This document shows positions 28,202 to 38,132 of a DNA stretch of 64,000 nt, piece after piece. A program made the position numbers and the translations under genes. This DNA is from Patescibacteria group bacterium (lineage in GTDB: Bacteria; Patescibacteriota; Patescibacteriia; GWA2-46-9). The stretch covers positions 29,898-93,897 of the forward strand of contig JBAYUF010000004.1 of NCBI GenBank assembly GCA_041675205.1. Direction: 5' to 3'. Below the pieces are notes generated by a model, which saw nothing but the letters and a program-made list of their open reading frames with translations, was not told the DNA's origin and did no database searches. Every line of letters starts with the position of its first letter. Within the stretch, counting starts at the first letter, position 1.

Positions 28202-28969
28202 TTACTTTAAGCGGTAGTTCAAATTTACTTCAACAACGATTTCATTCACCCCAGCTGGCACAATTGGAGAACCACCTCCCCCACCACCTGCGCCTAAGCC
28301 CTCACCGTAGTACGGCGTCGGCCCAGGAACAGAAATTGGATTCTCCCACCAACCCACCACATCTCGCAGCCGGACACCAAGGCCGCTGGCAATGGCACCC
28401 GCTTTCGTCTTAGCATCTGCAATGGCAGCCAGCCGAGCCTGCTGTCGCAGCTCTTCAAGGTTTGATGGCGAGAAAGAAATACCAAAGACCTGATTCGCAC
28501 CGGCCGCTGTTGCCGCGGCAATGATGCCTGAAGTTCGGTTCGTGTCGTCTTTGGCTTGCTTTATGGTAATGGTAATGAGCTGATTCGCGGTATAACCGAC
28601 TGGTCGATTTTGACCGTTTACATACTCATAGCGGGCCTGCAACGTGTAACTCTGTGTGGCGATATCTTCCTTGAGCACACCAGCTTTCTCAATGGCAGCC
28701 AATACTTTACTGATGCGAGTGTTTAATTCGGTCAACGCTTTGGCCGCTTCTGTTTCTGTATCAACATTCACGCCAAGCGTTACCTTGGCCTCGTCTGATT
28801 CATAGGGAACAGTGGCGCGACCAGTAACTGAAATCTGCCACTGCGGGTAATTAACTATTCTGTCGCGTAAAATAGCGACAAGCACAACGGCGGTGAGAGC
28901 CACAATGCCAAGCCCCAAAAGCACCAGACGGCTACCGTTGCCTCCGGCGCGTATTGTTGAGATGTCCAT
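28202..28969 (-). CDS. SIMPL (DUF541) domain protein, second paralog
   Basis: SVTG.A, DI.TQSY.L, AGANQV.GISF, A..DAK.KA. Confidence 0.9.
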   Translation of the reverse strand: MDISTIRAGGNGSRLVLLGLGIVALTAVVLVAILRDRIVNYPQWQISVTGRATVPYESDEAKVTLGVNVDTETEAAKALTELNTRISKVLAAIEKAGVLKEDIATQSYTLQARYEYVNGQNRPVGYTANQLITITIKQAKDDTNRTSGIIAAATAAGANQVFGISFSPSNLEELRQQARLAAIADAKTKAGAIASGLGVRLRDVVGWWENPISVPGPTPYYGEGLGAGGGGGGSPIVPAGVNEIVVEVNLNYRLK

Positions 28970-29059
28970 AGTTTGAAAATTGGTGCGACATAATTATCGC
29001 TACTATTTCTAGTATAGAGCAGTTCTTTCTCGAAAGACAATTCTATAGTTTTTGTAAAA

Positions 29060-29092
29060 AAGAAATACCGCTCCTTTTGAGAGCGGTATTTC
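29060..29092 (-). terminator. Intrinsic terminator
   Basis: GAAATACCGCTC..GAGCGGTATTTC with an A run on the + strand. Confidence 0.7.
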
Positions 29093-29107
29093 AATACAGT
29101 GCTCCGT

Positions 29108-29398
29108 TTACTTCTTTCCTTTTTTCTTGCCTTTCGCAGAAGAAACAGCCTTGATTGTTAATAGCGCCGCCAAAGCACCAAGAGCAATTTTTGCATTCCG
29201 CTTCGTGTTAGCGTCCAGTGCTTCGTAATGTGCCTTACCACGTTTTGCCAAAGTTTTTACGTCTGCGGTCACGCCCATAAGGTCACTTGCCAGCATGGCA
29301 ACTTTGTCGTTCAAACTGTTGACTGTCTTGTTATTTAAATGTTTTGCAACCTTCGCTTGTAATTGCTTCACTACCGGTGGCATTTTTTTCTTTTTCAT
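29108..29398 (-). CDS. Small basic tail-anchored membrane protein
   Basis: Helical N-terminus, C-terminal hydrophobic stretch, Lys-rich tail. Confidence 0.65.
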   Translation of the reverse strand: MKKKKMPPVVKQLQAKVAKHLNNKTVNSLNDKVAMLASDLMGVTADVKTLAKRGKAHYEALDANTKRNAKIALGALAALLTIKAVSSAKGKKKGKK

Positions 29399-29455
29399 AC
29401 TTTTTCGTAGTGTGAATAATATTCACAGTGTACGCCGAGCGTACAGGAACTACAA

Positions 29456-30697
29456 CTACCGGTCTCGGCGATAGCCGCCGCGTTGTGGCCGCGACGAATG
29501 GCCAGAACTGCGACGCGGTGGAAAATTATTGCGACGACTATCAGAACGCTCCGTATACTCGCTTCGCGATTCAGCCCGCGCTGGAGGTAATTCAGGCAGC
29601 CGAGAAATAGGTAACACGCGACGAATTAACCGTTCAATTTGCCGCACCGTATCCCCTTGTCCGGGAGCCGCGAACGAAATAGCATGGCCACCCTTACCCG
29701 CTCGTCCGGTACGACCAATGCGGTGCACGTAATCATCTGGATTATCTGGCAAGTCAAAGTTAAGCACCAACTCAATGCCAGTAACGTCGATACCGCGCGC
29801 CGCAATATCGGTCGCGACAAGTACTCGATACTTTCCAGATTTAAAACCATCAAGCGCTTCACGACGTTGGGCCAGGGTGCGATTAGAGTGAATTTCCGCT
29901 GAGTTCACTTTGGCTTTGCGGATGTCCAGCGCAATTTTTTTTGCACCGTGCTTCGTGCGTGAAAACACCAACACTGTCCCACGGTATTCACCGAGCAGTC
30001 GTTCGAGTAATCTAATTTTATCCCGCTGTGGCACCACGAATAATTCGTGGGTTACTTGAGAGGCAGCCGTTCCCGGCGGCGCGACTTCAACGCGAATCGG
30101 AAGCTGCAGGTAGACCGTGGCCAATTTCATAATTTCCGGGGGCATAGTTGCCGAAAAGAGCATTGTTTGCCCACCCTTTGGAACGCGATTCATAATTTGT
30201 TTGAGCTGCGGCGCAAAACCCATGTCGAGCATCCGGTCTGCTTCGTCTAACACCACTACCCGAACGTCATCCAGTGTTAAAATGCGTTGCTCAAGGTGGT
30301 CAATGAGTCGACCGGGCGTTGCCACAATGAGGTGTGGTCGGGCACGCAGGCTCCTAATTTGCCGATCCATTGAAGCGCCACCAATAAGAACAGCAGTGCG
30401 CAAATTGAATTGGCGGCCTATTTTCATAAGCACCTCTTCAACTTGCAGTGCCAGTTCACGTGTCGGAAGCACCACCAGGCCACGACCGCCGCTCGTTGCA
30501 ATTCGTTGCAAAAGTGGAATACCAAACGCTAATGTCTTACCAGTACCCGTTTGGGCAATACCAACAATATCCTTCCCTTGAATAGCAATGGGAATGGATT
30601 GTTTTTGAATCGGCGTTGGTTTAATGAACTTCGCCTTATCGAGAGCCTCGAGAAGACGTGGAGCAATACCTAAGCCGTAAAATGTATCGTCTGGCAT
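29456..30697 (-). CDS. DEAD-box RNA helicase (RhlE-like)
   Basis: AQTGTGKT, PTRELA, DEAD, SAT, HRIGRTGRAG. Confidence 0.96.
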   Translation of the reverse strand: MPDDTFYGLGIAPRLLEALDKAKFIKPTPIQKQSIPIAIQGKDIVGIAQTGTGKTLAFGIPLLQRIATSGGRGLVVLPTRELALQVEEVLMKIGRQFNLRTAVLIGGASMDRQIRSLRARPHLIVATPGRLIDHLEQRILTLDDVRVVVLDEADRMLDMGFAPQLKQIMNRVPKGGQTMLFSATMPPEIMKLATVYLQLPIRVEVAPPGTAASQVTHELFVVPQRDKIRLLERLLGEYRGTVLVFSRTKHGAKKIALDIRKAKVNSAEIHSNRTLAQRREALDGFKSGKYRVLVATDIAARGIDVTGIELVLNFDLPDNPDDYVHRIGRTGRAGKGGHAISFAAPGQGDTVRQIERLIRRVLPISRLPELPPARAESRSEYTERSDSRRNNFPPRRSSGHSSRPQRGGYRRDR

Positions 30698-30744
30698 GAA
30701 GAGCCTAGGTCTACCACAGTTTATCGCTTGTGTCAATCACTGCG

Positions 30745-32538
30745 TTACTTTCGAAGGGCATTCCGCAGTATTCGCTTACGTAAACGAATACTGGTTGGCG
30801 TTACTTCAACGAGTTCGTCGTCGCCAATGTACTCAAGTGCTAGTTCAATATTCTGTTCACGCTTTGGGGCTAAATCGCTCGTCGTTAAATCTTTATTTGC
30901 TCGAAAGTTTGACAATTGCTTCGCCTTACAAACGTTAATGACGATATCCTCGGCTTTGGCGTTCTCCCCTACAACCTGGCCTTCATATACTGTTTCACCT
31001 GCCCCCACAAAATACTCACCGCGGTCTTGGGCGTGGAGCAATGCATAGGGGGTACAAATGCCCGTCTCGTGCGCAATCAGTGAACCATGCGGCGCTGCTT
31101 CTAATCCTTGAATTTTTGGATGGTATCCAGCCACGAGTGAGTTCATTATACCCGTGCCTTTGGTCTCGATAATAAACTTGTGACGGAAACCAATGAGCCC
31201 TCGTGTTGGCGCGAAGAAATGGAAATGCGCCGTCTCGTTTTCAACGTGCATATTTTTAAGCTCACCTTTCCGCTGCGTCATCTCTTTAATGACCATACCC
31301 GAGTACGCATCAGCCACGTCCACCCAGACGTCTTCCATAGGCTCAGATAGTACGCCATCGATGTCTTTCATAATCACCTCAGGTCGGGATACCTGCAGCT
31401 CAAACCCTTCGCGACGCATTTTTTCAATGAGAATGGCCAAATGGAGCTCACCGCGGCCACTTACCACAAATTCCTCGGCTGAACCTCCCCGCTCCACTTC
31501 TAAAGCAACGTCATTTTCCAGCTCTTTCTTGAGGCGCTCATCAATGTTACGCGAGGTGCCAAGCTTCCCCTCTTTACCCGCAAAAGGAGACGTATTCACC
31601 CCAAAGGTCATACGAACCGTCGGCTTTTCAATGTTGATTGGTGGCAACGCTTCTGGCGCTGCGGTGCTCGCGATAGTGTCGCCAATGTGCACGTTGTCTA
31701 TGCCAGCCAAGACAGCAATATCACCAGATTCAACCCGCTCAACTTGAGTGCGGGCAAGGCCTTGAAAGGTCATCAGGGCGCTCAATTTCTGACGCTTCAT
31801 AGGGCTGCCGTCAAATGGTAAGTGCGCAATCGTTGCGCCGTTTTCAATGCTCCCCCGCTCAATACGGCCAAGCCCTAATCGACCCAAATAATTATCGTAC
31901 ACAGTGGCAACAACCATCAGCTGCAGCTCACCATCCGGATTAACATGCGGCACCGGAATGTGTTTCACGATTGCCTCAAAAAGAGGCGTAACGTTCTTCA
32001 TAGTATCGAGCTCCGGCGTAACACCCGCTAACCCAAGTTTGCCTGAAGCGTAGATGATAGGAAAATTAAGCTGCTCGTCATTAGCATTAAACTCCATAAA
32101 AAGCTCAATGACACGGTCAAGGACGTAGGCAATACGAGCACTCGGTTTATCAATCTTATTAATGACAACAATAATTTTATGCCCGGCGTCCAAGGCCTTT
32201 TTCAGAACAAAACGAGTCTGCGGCATTGGCCCTTCCTGTGCATCAACGAGTAAAAGCGACCCATCCGCCATATTAAGCACGCGCTCTACCTCACCACCGA
32301 AATCAGCGTGCCCAGGGGTATCAATAATATTAATTTTTGTGCCATCAAAAATAACGGAAGCGTTTTTGGCAAAAATGGTGATGCCACGCTCTCGCTCAAG
32401 CTCATTGGTATCCATGATGAGATCTTCAGTAGCAAATTTTCCAAGATTTGTGCCGGATTGCTTCAAGAAAGCATCAACCATGGTGGATTTACCGTGGTCA
32501 ACGTGAGCAATAATGGCAATGTTTCGTACTGTACCCAT
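30745..32538 (-). CDS. typA: Translational GTPase TypA/BipA
   Basis: [39 protein letters not shown]. Confidence 0.97.
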   Translation of the reverse strand: MGTVRNIAIIAHVDHGKSTMVDAFLKQSGTNLGKFATEDLIMDTNELERERGITIFAKNASVIFDGTKINIIDTPGHADFGGEVERVLNMADGSLLLVDAQEGPMPQTRFVLKKALDAGHKIIVVINKIDKPSARIAYVLDRVIELFMEFNANDEQLNFPIIYASGKLGLAGVTPELDTMKNVTPLFEAIVKHIPVPHVNPDGELQLMVVATVYDNYLGRLGLGRIERGSIENGATIAHLPFDGSPMKRQKLSALMTFQGLARTQVERVESGDIAVLAGIDNVHIGDTIASTAAPEALPPINIEKPTVRMTFGVNTSPFAGKEGKLGTSRNIDERLKKELENDVALEVERGGSAEEFVVSGRGELHLAILIEKMRREGFELQVSRPEVIMKDIDGVLSEPMEDVWVDVADAYSGMVIKEMTQRKGELKNMHVENETAHFHFFAPTRGLIGFRHKFIIETKGTGIMNSLVAGYHPKIQGLEAAPHGSLIAHETGICTPYALLHAQDRGEYFVGAGETVYEGQVVGENAKAEDIVINVCKAKQLSNFRANKDLTTSDLAPKREQNIELALEYIGDDELVEVTPTSIRLRKRILRNALRK

Positions 32539-32681
32539 AAAAAAAATAACGCGGCTAACGTTGCGGCGCTTGCATACTCTACCCGCTTTCGACTAAAAAA
32601 GCAAGCCTAGCTTTGGGATGAGGCGGGTCAGCTAAAAGCTGCCCGCCTCGAGAAAAGGGTCACGTCACGACTGCGATTGGA

Positions 32682-32843
32682 CTACTGAAGCCGCCTCCCA
32701 AGGCCAAAACCAATCGCTGAGTACAGTACAACGAAATTCCAGTACGAGTTACTCACATTCCTCATCACGAGGACGGGTAATGTGACGTACCACTGCACGG
32801 TTGTGTACCAGGACTCAGGCTCTTGTGTTTCTTCTGGTTTCAT
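32682..32843 (-). CDS. 53-aa orphan peptide (MKPEETQEPESWYTTVQWYVTLPVLVMRNVSNSYWNFVVLYSAIGFGLGRRLQ)
   Basis: Hand-translated; AAAGGAG SD, TTGACC-N17-TAGGTT promoter (32902-32874), 3' hairpin 32620-32649; not in the ORF track. Confidence 0.55.
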   Translation of the reverse strand: MKPEETQEPESWYTTVQWYVTLPVLVMRNVSNSYWNFVVLYSAIGFGLGRRLQ

Positions 32844-32929
32844 CTGCCCTACTCCTTTCTCCTCAACAATACAAACCTAGACCTCAAACCAAAGTTGGTC
32901 AACAAGGTACAACGCCTTGCTACCTTCGC

Positions 32930-33138
32930 TATGGGTTTTTATTTCATACCCCATAGGCTCGAGGTAGGCGTACGGAAGCGAAGACTGGTTGGTAGCCTTC
33001 GAGCCGCACTGTTTAAGTCCGAGCACCAGCGAGGACGAGTTTACGGCGAGCAATCAGTCGCAGTGAACCGTACCCACAACTCGGGCCGAGGGCGTCATTC
33101 TTTTGGTGACTTTTCTTAGACGAGTAAGAAAAGACACA
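32930..33138 (+). repeat. Putative structured repeat element or ncRNA
   Basis: GCACTGTTTAAGTCC..GGACGAGTTT and a terminal CTTTTGGTGACTTTTCTTAGACGAGTAAGAAAAG hairpin; resembles an interspersed bacterial repeat known from memory; single copy here. Confidence 0.45.
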
Positions 33139-33146
33139 TCATGAAC

Positions 33147-33176
33147 TTGCGTTACTATACGTTCGTACAGTAAACT
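33147..33176 (+). promoter_or_regulatory. Promoter with overlapping palindromic operator upstream of lexA-dinB
   Basis: TTGCGT-N18-TAAACT; inverted repeat TTACTATACG-TT-CGTACAGTAA at 33152-33173. Confidence 0.7.
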
Positions 33177-33183
33177 ATTATCC

Positions 33184-33756
33184 ATGACAACGCATGTAGA
33201 AAAGTTAGCGCAGTTCTATCGCACGCGCGATCGCATGCCAAGCTATGGTGAGCTCACAACGCTTTTAGGTTTTCGTTCTAAAAACGCCGCCACCTACTGG
33301 GTGGAACGTTGGCTGGAGCACGGTGTCGTAAAGCGTGACCGAACTGGTCGACTGCTCCCCGGTAAAGCACTCCTACCCATTCGACTGCTGGGTGACATCC
33401 AAGCTGGGTTTCCTTCTCCAGCAGAAGAAGAGAACGTCGACACTATCTCTCTTGACGACTGGTTGATTGAACAACGGGAATCAAGCTTTATGCTGCGCGT
33501 CTCCGGAGATTCAATGCAAGACGCTGGCATTCTAACCGGTGACTACGTCATTTTAGAACGTGGACGTACTCCTAAGAACGGCGACATTGTGGTGGCTGAA
33601 GTAGACAGTGCCTGGACTATGAAATATTTCGAACGGAAAAACGGTGTCGTTGCTCTGCGGTCAGGGAACCGGCGCTACCCAACACTTCGCCCCAAAGAAA
33701 CATTAACTATCGCTGGTGTTGTTACCGTTGTTATTCGTCGCTACAAAACGCTATGA
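33184..33756 (+). CDS. lexA: LexA family repressor (wHTH plus S24 peptidase)
   Basis: MPSY.EL...GF.SKNA, AGFPSPA cleavage site, GDSM (Ser), TMK (Lys). Confidence 0.88.
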   Translation: MTTHVEKLAQFYRTRDRMPSYGELTTLLGFRSKNAATYWVERWLEHGVVKRDRTGRLLPGKALLPIRLLGDIQAGFPSPAEEENVDTISLDDWLIEQRESSFMLRVSGDSMQDAGILTGDYVILERGRTPKNGDIVVAEVDSAWTMKYFERKNGVVALRSGNRRYPTLRPKETLTIAGVVTVVIRRYKTL

Positions 33757-35057
33757 ACCCAGAAGGCACGCACTGGAAACGGGTCATTATCCACCTTGAT
33801 GGGGATGCTTTTTTTGCCAGCTGTGAGCAAGCCATGCACCCAGAGTATCGTGGCAAACCTGTTATCACGGGTAAAGAACGTGGCATTGTGGCTGCCGCCA
33901 GCTACGAAGCGAAGGCCTTAGGTATACAGCGAGGTGTAGCGTTATGGGATGTAAAAAAAATTTGCCCTGAGGCTATTATTGTGCCGTCAGATTACGAAAC
34001 CTATTCACTTTTCTCGGAACGAATGTTTGCCATCATGCGCCGCTATACTTCCACCATTGAAGAATACGGCATTGATGAGGGGTTTGCAGACATTACTGGC
34101 CTCGCTCGCCCCCTCGGTTTATCGTACATTCAAATTGCGCAAGCCATGCAAACGGCTATTCATCGAGAGCTTGGCATAACCGTTTCCGTTGGCATGGGGC
34201 CGTCGAAAGTGTTGGCGAAGCTTGGTTCAAAACATAAAAAACCAAACAGCCTTACCGTTATTTCCCCGGGGGAGAGAATCGGCTACCTCGCAGCAACACC
34301 AGTAGGAAAACTTTGGGGCGTCGGGCCACGCACTGCCGCCTATTGCCATACGCTGCACATAGAAACAGCCCTTGATTTTGCCAGCCAACCACTCGCACTC
34401 GTAACCCGCCGCTTCACGAAGCCGCTGGTTGAACTGTGGCATGAACTACAGGGCGAATCAGTACTCCCCGTGGTAACGGCAATAAAAAATACCTATGCCA
34501 GTATCAGTAAAACAAAAACATTTACTGCATCTCGCTGTCGAGAGCTTGTCTATGCACAGCTTTTAAAAAATGTAGAGAATGCGTGCATAAAAACGCGCCG
34601 GTACGACCTGGCAAGCAAGAAAATCATTATCTTCCTCAAGCAAAATGATTTTCGAACAAGCGCAGCTGAAGCCTCATTAACGCGTGCCACCGCCTACCCA
34701 CAAGACCTGGCGCGAGTGCTTCATGATTTGTTTGACCGCATCTTTATACCAGGTACCGACTACCGTGCCACGGGCATCGTCCTGACCGACATGGTTCTAA
34801 GTGCAGACGTGCAGCGAGCACTCTTTGAGCCACCCGTGACCCTTGAACGATTGCACAACGTGTACGAAGCCGTTGATGAATTAGCTGAGAAGTATGGCAA
34901 ACACACTGTTCACTTAGCTGGCAGTGAAATGGCTCATAGAGAACCTGCCCACAACTCCCAGAGAAGCGAGCTGCCAGAACGAAAACGAACACGGCTGCGA
35001 GGTGAAACCACCAGAAAACATTTGGCTATTCCCCTACTCCTGCACGAGCTACGATAA
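33753..35057 (+). CDS. dinB: Y-family DNA polymerase (DinB/UmuC-like)
   Basis: HLDGDAFFASCE, AASYEAK, IDEGF, WGVG; ATGA overlap with lexA. Confidence 0.92.
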   Translation: MNPEGTHWKRVIIHLDGDAFFASCEQAMHPEYRGKPVITGKERGIVAAASYEAKALGIQRGVALWDVKKICPEAIIVPSDYETYSLFSERMFAIMRRYTSTIEEYGIDEGFADITGLARPLGLSYIQIAQAMQTAIHRELGITVSVGMGPSKVLAKLGSKHKKPNSLTVISPGERIGYLAATPVGKLWGVGPRTAAYCHTLHIETALDFASQPLALVTRRFTKPLVELWHELQGESVLPVVTAIKNTYASISKTKTFTASRCRELVYAQLLKNVENACIKTRRYDLASKKIIIFLKQNDFRTSAAEASLTRATAYPQDLARVLHDLFDRIFIPGTDYRATGIVLTDMVLSADVQRALFEPPVTLERLHNVYEAVDELAEKYGKHTVHLAGSEMAHREPAHNSQRSELPERKRTRLRGETTRKHLAIPLLLHELR

Positions 35058-35059
35058 CT

Positions 35060-35596
35060 CTAACCACCAACAATAAGTCTGTAGAGTAATTTCGTTATTG
35101 GATCAAGGTCTGGACCATATACCAATAACCCACCAAGACCACCCGTTAAGGTAACTGCCATAAGCCCTGCCATCGCAGTAACTGGCGCTAACCAACTCGA
35201 AACGACACGCTCTGCGATACGCGCTAGGTTAAATACGAATGACGGTAGTCCTTTTGCTACTCGACCACTCAGGCGTTCGAGTAGCCCAAACTCTGTAGCA
35301 ACAACAAGGACGTAGCAAACAGCAAGCACACTGAAAATGATAGTGGTTGTCTGCGCCGCTAGTTCGTGAAGCTCAAGAATGCGCAGAAAATCCCCACCCG
35401 CGCCGAATGACTCACCGGCAATATCACCGGTTAACAATGCCACTCCGGCACCGATAGTCCCTGGTAGGAGAAAAAGTGCCTTGGCATATCGCCACCATGG
35501 CAGAGCGAGCACAATTCGGAACCGTAAAAATTCCAACCCGACATACACGGTGAGTAGCGCGATTGGAAAATGAACAACGATTGGATGAATATCCAT
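35060..35596 (-). CDS. DUF2231-like membrane protein
   Basis: HPIVVHFPIALL, HE, TG.LGG.LVYG. Confidence 0.8.
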   Translation of the reverse strand: MDIHPIVVHFPIALLTVYVGLEFLRFRIVLALPWWRYAKALFLLPGTIGAGVALLTGDIAGESFGAGGDFLRILELHELAAQTTTIIFSVLAVCYVLVVATEFGLLERLSGRVAKGLPSFVFNLARIAERVVSSWLAPVTAMAGLMAVTLTGGLGGLLVYGPDLDPITKLLYRLIVGG

Positions 35597-35607
35597 ACGT
35601 TTTTTAT

Positions 35608-36360
35608 TTAGGTTAATTGCCGCACGGCACCAACGTAACTACAATAATCGCAATCTTTCCCGGGCAGCGGCACGACTGAGCCATCCATACAACGTCGAAG
35701 CGCAAAGATAGTATTTTGAATCCATGCGTCATCCCCCGTATAGGGAATAAGCGTGACCTCAAATTCAATCTTACCGTCAAACGCTTTCCGATCAGTTAGC
35801 CCATTGCAGTACACGAAATAACCGGTCGAAGAAACCTTATGTCCGTTCTGTCTGAGAAGCCACTGATAAATCTCCATCTGACGCTTATAACCAATATGCC
35901 AGTCCTGGTTCAGGCTGGTGATGCTTTCACCTTTGCTGGTGGCTTTGTAATCAACGACAATGTATTCACCGGCGGAATTTTGCCAGAGGTCGTCAATGGC
36001 GCCGGTGATGATGAGGTTCGTTGTCTCGTGTAAGTATTCAATGCCTTTAAAATTTTCTCGCCAATCATTCAATTGCTCATGCGCCACAGGCCGAGCATCA
36101 ACGCCATATTTTTCAATAAGCGGATGTTGCGTGCCATTGACTCGATGAATATCGAATTCTTTTTTAAGAAGTGTGTCGACCGCAGTGTTAAGGTTGAAAG
36201 GAAAACCCGGTGGCCGGCCAACACCTAACCGGCGGTCAAGATAAAAGCAACGGGGACATTCGATAAATAAATCTATTTTTGAACGACTAATTTTGAATGG
36301 TCGAGGGCTTGCCGGGTCAAAAATATTCCGTGTTCGAGTGGGATTATAGTATTTGCTCAT
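35608..36360 (-). CDS. PD-(D/E)XK nuclease family protein
   Basis: SRSKI..F.ECPRCF, GAIDD, VVDYK, Q..Y, C-terminal CDYC. Confidence 0.88.
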   Translation of the reverse strand: MSKYYNPTRTRNIFDPASPRPFKISRSKIDLFIECPRCFYLDRRLGVGRPPGFPFNLNTAVDTLLKKEFDIHRVNGTQHPLIEKYGVDARPVAHEQLNDWRENFKGIEYLHETTNLIITGAIDDLWQNSAGEYIVVDYKATSKGESITSLNQDWHIGYKRQMEIYQWLLRQNGHKVSSTGYFVYCNGLTDRKAFDGKIEFEVTLIPYTGDDAWIQNTIFALRRCMDGSVVPLPGKDCDYCSYVGAVRQLT

Positions 36361-36385
36361 ACCGAAAGTATAGCACGGCGCGCGT

Positions 36386-36414
36386 TTGACGCTCTACTCG
36401 ATTCGCTATAAGAT
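36386..36414 (+). promoter_or_regulatory. sigma70-type promoter of cassette 5
   Basis: TTGACG-N17-TAAGAT, then CTCTTT and an AGGAGG SD. Confidence 0.6.
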
Positions 36415-36450
36415 TTTGTCCTCTTTCGACAATTTCAGGAGGAACTCGCC

Positions 36451-37482
36451 ATGAACGACAAGGACGTATTGAATGCGGCAATCGACTGGCTTGTTGCCGA
36501 CCGGCTGCCGAATGACTTCTCTTTCACAACCTGCCTAAAGGCACTCTTCAAATGCGACGATGTGCCTTTGATCGCTCGATTTCTCAGCGAGCACTTCGCC
36601 TGGCTACGGCACAACACTGCTGTGGCACACGAGCACATCATCGAAGCCTTCTGGCTACTAAAAACGGAGCCAGTGGTGGTGCCCGGTCGGGTACTACAGC
36701 TTGGTGGAACCGGCGGCGCAGGTAAATCACGCAGACTGAACACCACGAGTTTAGCAACACTTGTGGCGGCCAGCGTGGATAGCGGCTGGCAGATAGTGAA
36801 GTTCGGTAATTCCGGACAACGCACGGCGGGCAGTACCGACTTCTGGGAAATAGCACTCGGTATTCCTGGAAGCTCACTGAACGTCGCACGCGCAACGAGT
36901 ACTCTACCAACAACTGGTTTGGCCATTATTCATGCCAGAACGGTCATCCCCTTGCTCGGAAAATTGCGCGCAGCCCGCCAGCAAGTCCAGGGGCCTACTG
37001 TTCTGAACCTCGTTGGTCCGTTGCTTCACCCTATCTACGGCGAAGAAACAATGGCGGCGATTGGGGTTTTTGACGAGAAGTTCCTGATGCCAGTAGCGCA
37101 CGCCATGCAGCAGCTTGGTTTGTCTGGGGTTGTATATAGCGGCACAGGCGAGCACGGTAGCTGGCTCGATGAACTCTCTTCAGACGGCATGACCTACGTG
37201 ATTGGTATTGGGCGGAACGAATTGTACCGTCCGGCAACGCTGCTCACTCAGTACTTTTCCACGTCAGAAACAGTGAGTGCAGCTGTCCTCGACAGACTCG
37301 TCCAAGGTGACGTTGAAAACCCTGCGGCTCGATGGGTTATCGAAAATGCGGCGTTCTTACTTGCGGCCACTGGTCGACCGGGCAGCGCACCAAATGCAGC
37401 GAGTGTTCGAGAGGTGACGATCACACTGAACAACGCCGTACGAAATGGTTCGGTGAAACGCCTCATTGAGGCATACCGATAG
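36451..37482 (+). CDS. Divergent anthranilate phosphoribosyltransferase (TrpD)-fold protein
   Basis: GGTGG..N.TS, KFGN..GSTD (cf. KHGN..GSAD), R...T.LNL.GPL.HP, LDE. Confidence 0.8.
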   Translation: MNDKDVLNAAIDWLVADRLPNDFSFTTCLKALFKCDDVPLIARFLSEHFAWLRHNTAVAHEHIIEAFWLLKTEPVVVPGRVLQLGGTGGAGKSRRLNTTSLATLVAASVDSGWQIVKFGNSGQRTAGSTDFWEIALGIPGSSLNVARATSTLPTTGLAIIHARTVIPLLGKLRAARQQVQGPTVLNLVGPLLHPIYGEETMAAIGVFDEKFLMPVAHAMQQLGLSGVVYSGTGEHGSWLDELSSDGMTYVIGIGRNELYRPATLLTQYFSTSETVSAAVLDRLVQGDVENPAARWVIENAAFLLAATGRPGSAPNAASVREVTITLNNAVRNGSVKRLIEAYR

Positions 37483-37502
37483 AAAAAAGGGGGTACTGAA
37501 AC

Positions 37503-37546
37503 AAACCGGGCGCTTCGCAAACCTGCGAAGCGCCCGGTTCCCTTTT
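37503..37546. terminator. Hairpin between convergent genes
   Basis: AACCGGGCGCTTCGCA-AACC-TGCGAAGCGCCCGGTT. Confidence 0.75.
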
Positions 37547-37561
37547 GGGGTACTAGGGTAA

Positions 37562-38038
37562 CTACCAGCCTAAACCGCCACCCATACCACCCATCATACG
37601 ACCATGCTGCCGACCCGTCGTCTTTCCCTTACGCTCTGTCACCTGCTTCTCAAGCGCAGCCAAACGTTTGTCGCTTTGTGCCTGCGTAATAACACCCTTT
37701 GAAACGAGCGTTGCCAAATGCTGCTTTACTGTTTCTTGCTGCGCGGCTTGAATGCGTTCTTTCAACTGTGCATCGGTAAGCCCTTGTGCAGTAGCGATAT
37801 CCGCAATTGACTTCCCGTCAGCCCACGCATCTTTTACGACATCGGCAGAAACGCCCAGCAACTTTGCCGCTGCATCAAAATGCTGCTGCTGACGACTACT
37901 TACTTCGTCTGCAGACAAGCTTGGCTCAGCAAAAGAAAATCCACTGCCAAACATGCCGCGCGCAGAAACAGCTGATGCGCCGAACAAACTTAAGCCGATA
38001 ACCGGTGCGAACGCGTAAACAAGGTACTTCTTTTTCAT
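37562..38038 (-). CDS. Secreted helical hypothetical protein
   Basis: Signal peptide, A..LG.....GKSI..IA, G.ITQ.Q.D, Gly/Met tail. Confidence 0.75.
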   Translation of the reverse strand: MKKKYLVYAFAPVIGLSLFGASAVSARGMFGSGFSFAEPSLSADEVSSRQQQHFDAAAKLLGVSADVVKDAWADGKSIADIATAQGLTDAQLKERIQAAQQETVKQHLATLVSKGVITQAQSDKRLAALEKQVTERKGKTTGRQHGRMMGGMGGGLGW

Positions 38039-38132
38039 GTAAATAAGTTTAGCTGTATAAGAATGGCATCTGTCGACCGATGCCTATAACTACTACAACG
38101 ACACGCTGGACTTCTTACGTTACCAGCTCTTA

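Noticed and set aside
35608-36360. PD-(D/E)XK nuclease as Cas4 or a defence island marker
   Set aside because: No cas1/cas2, array or other defence genes are nearby; it fits a stand-alone nuclease.
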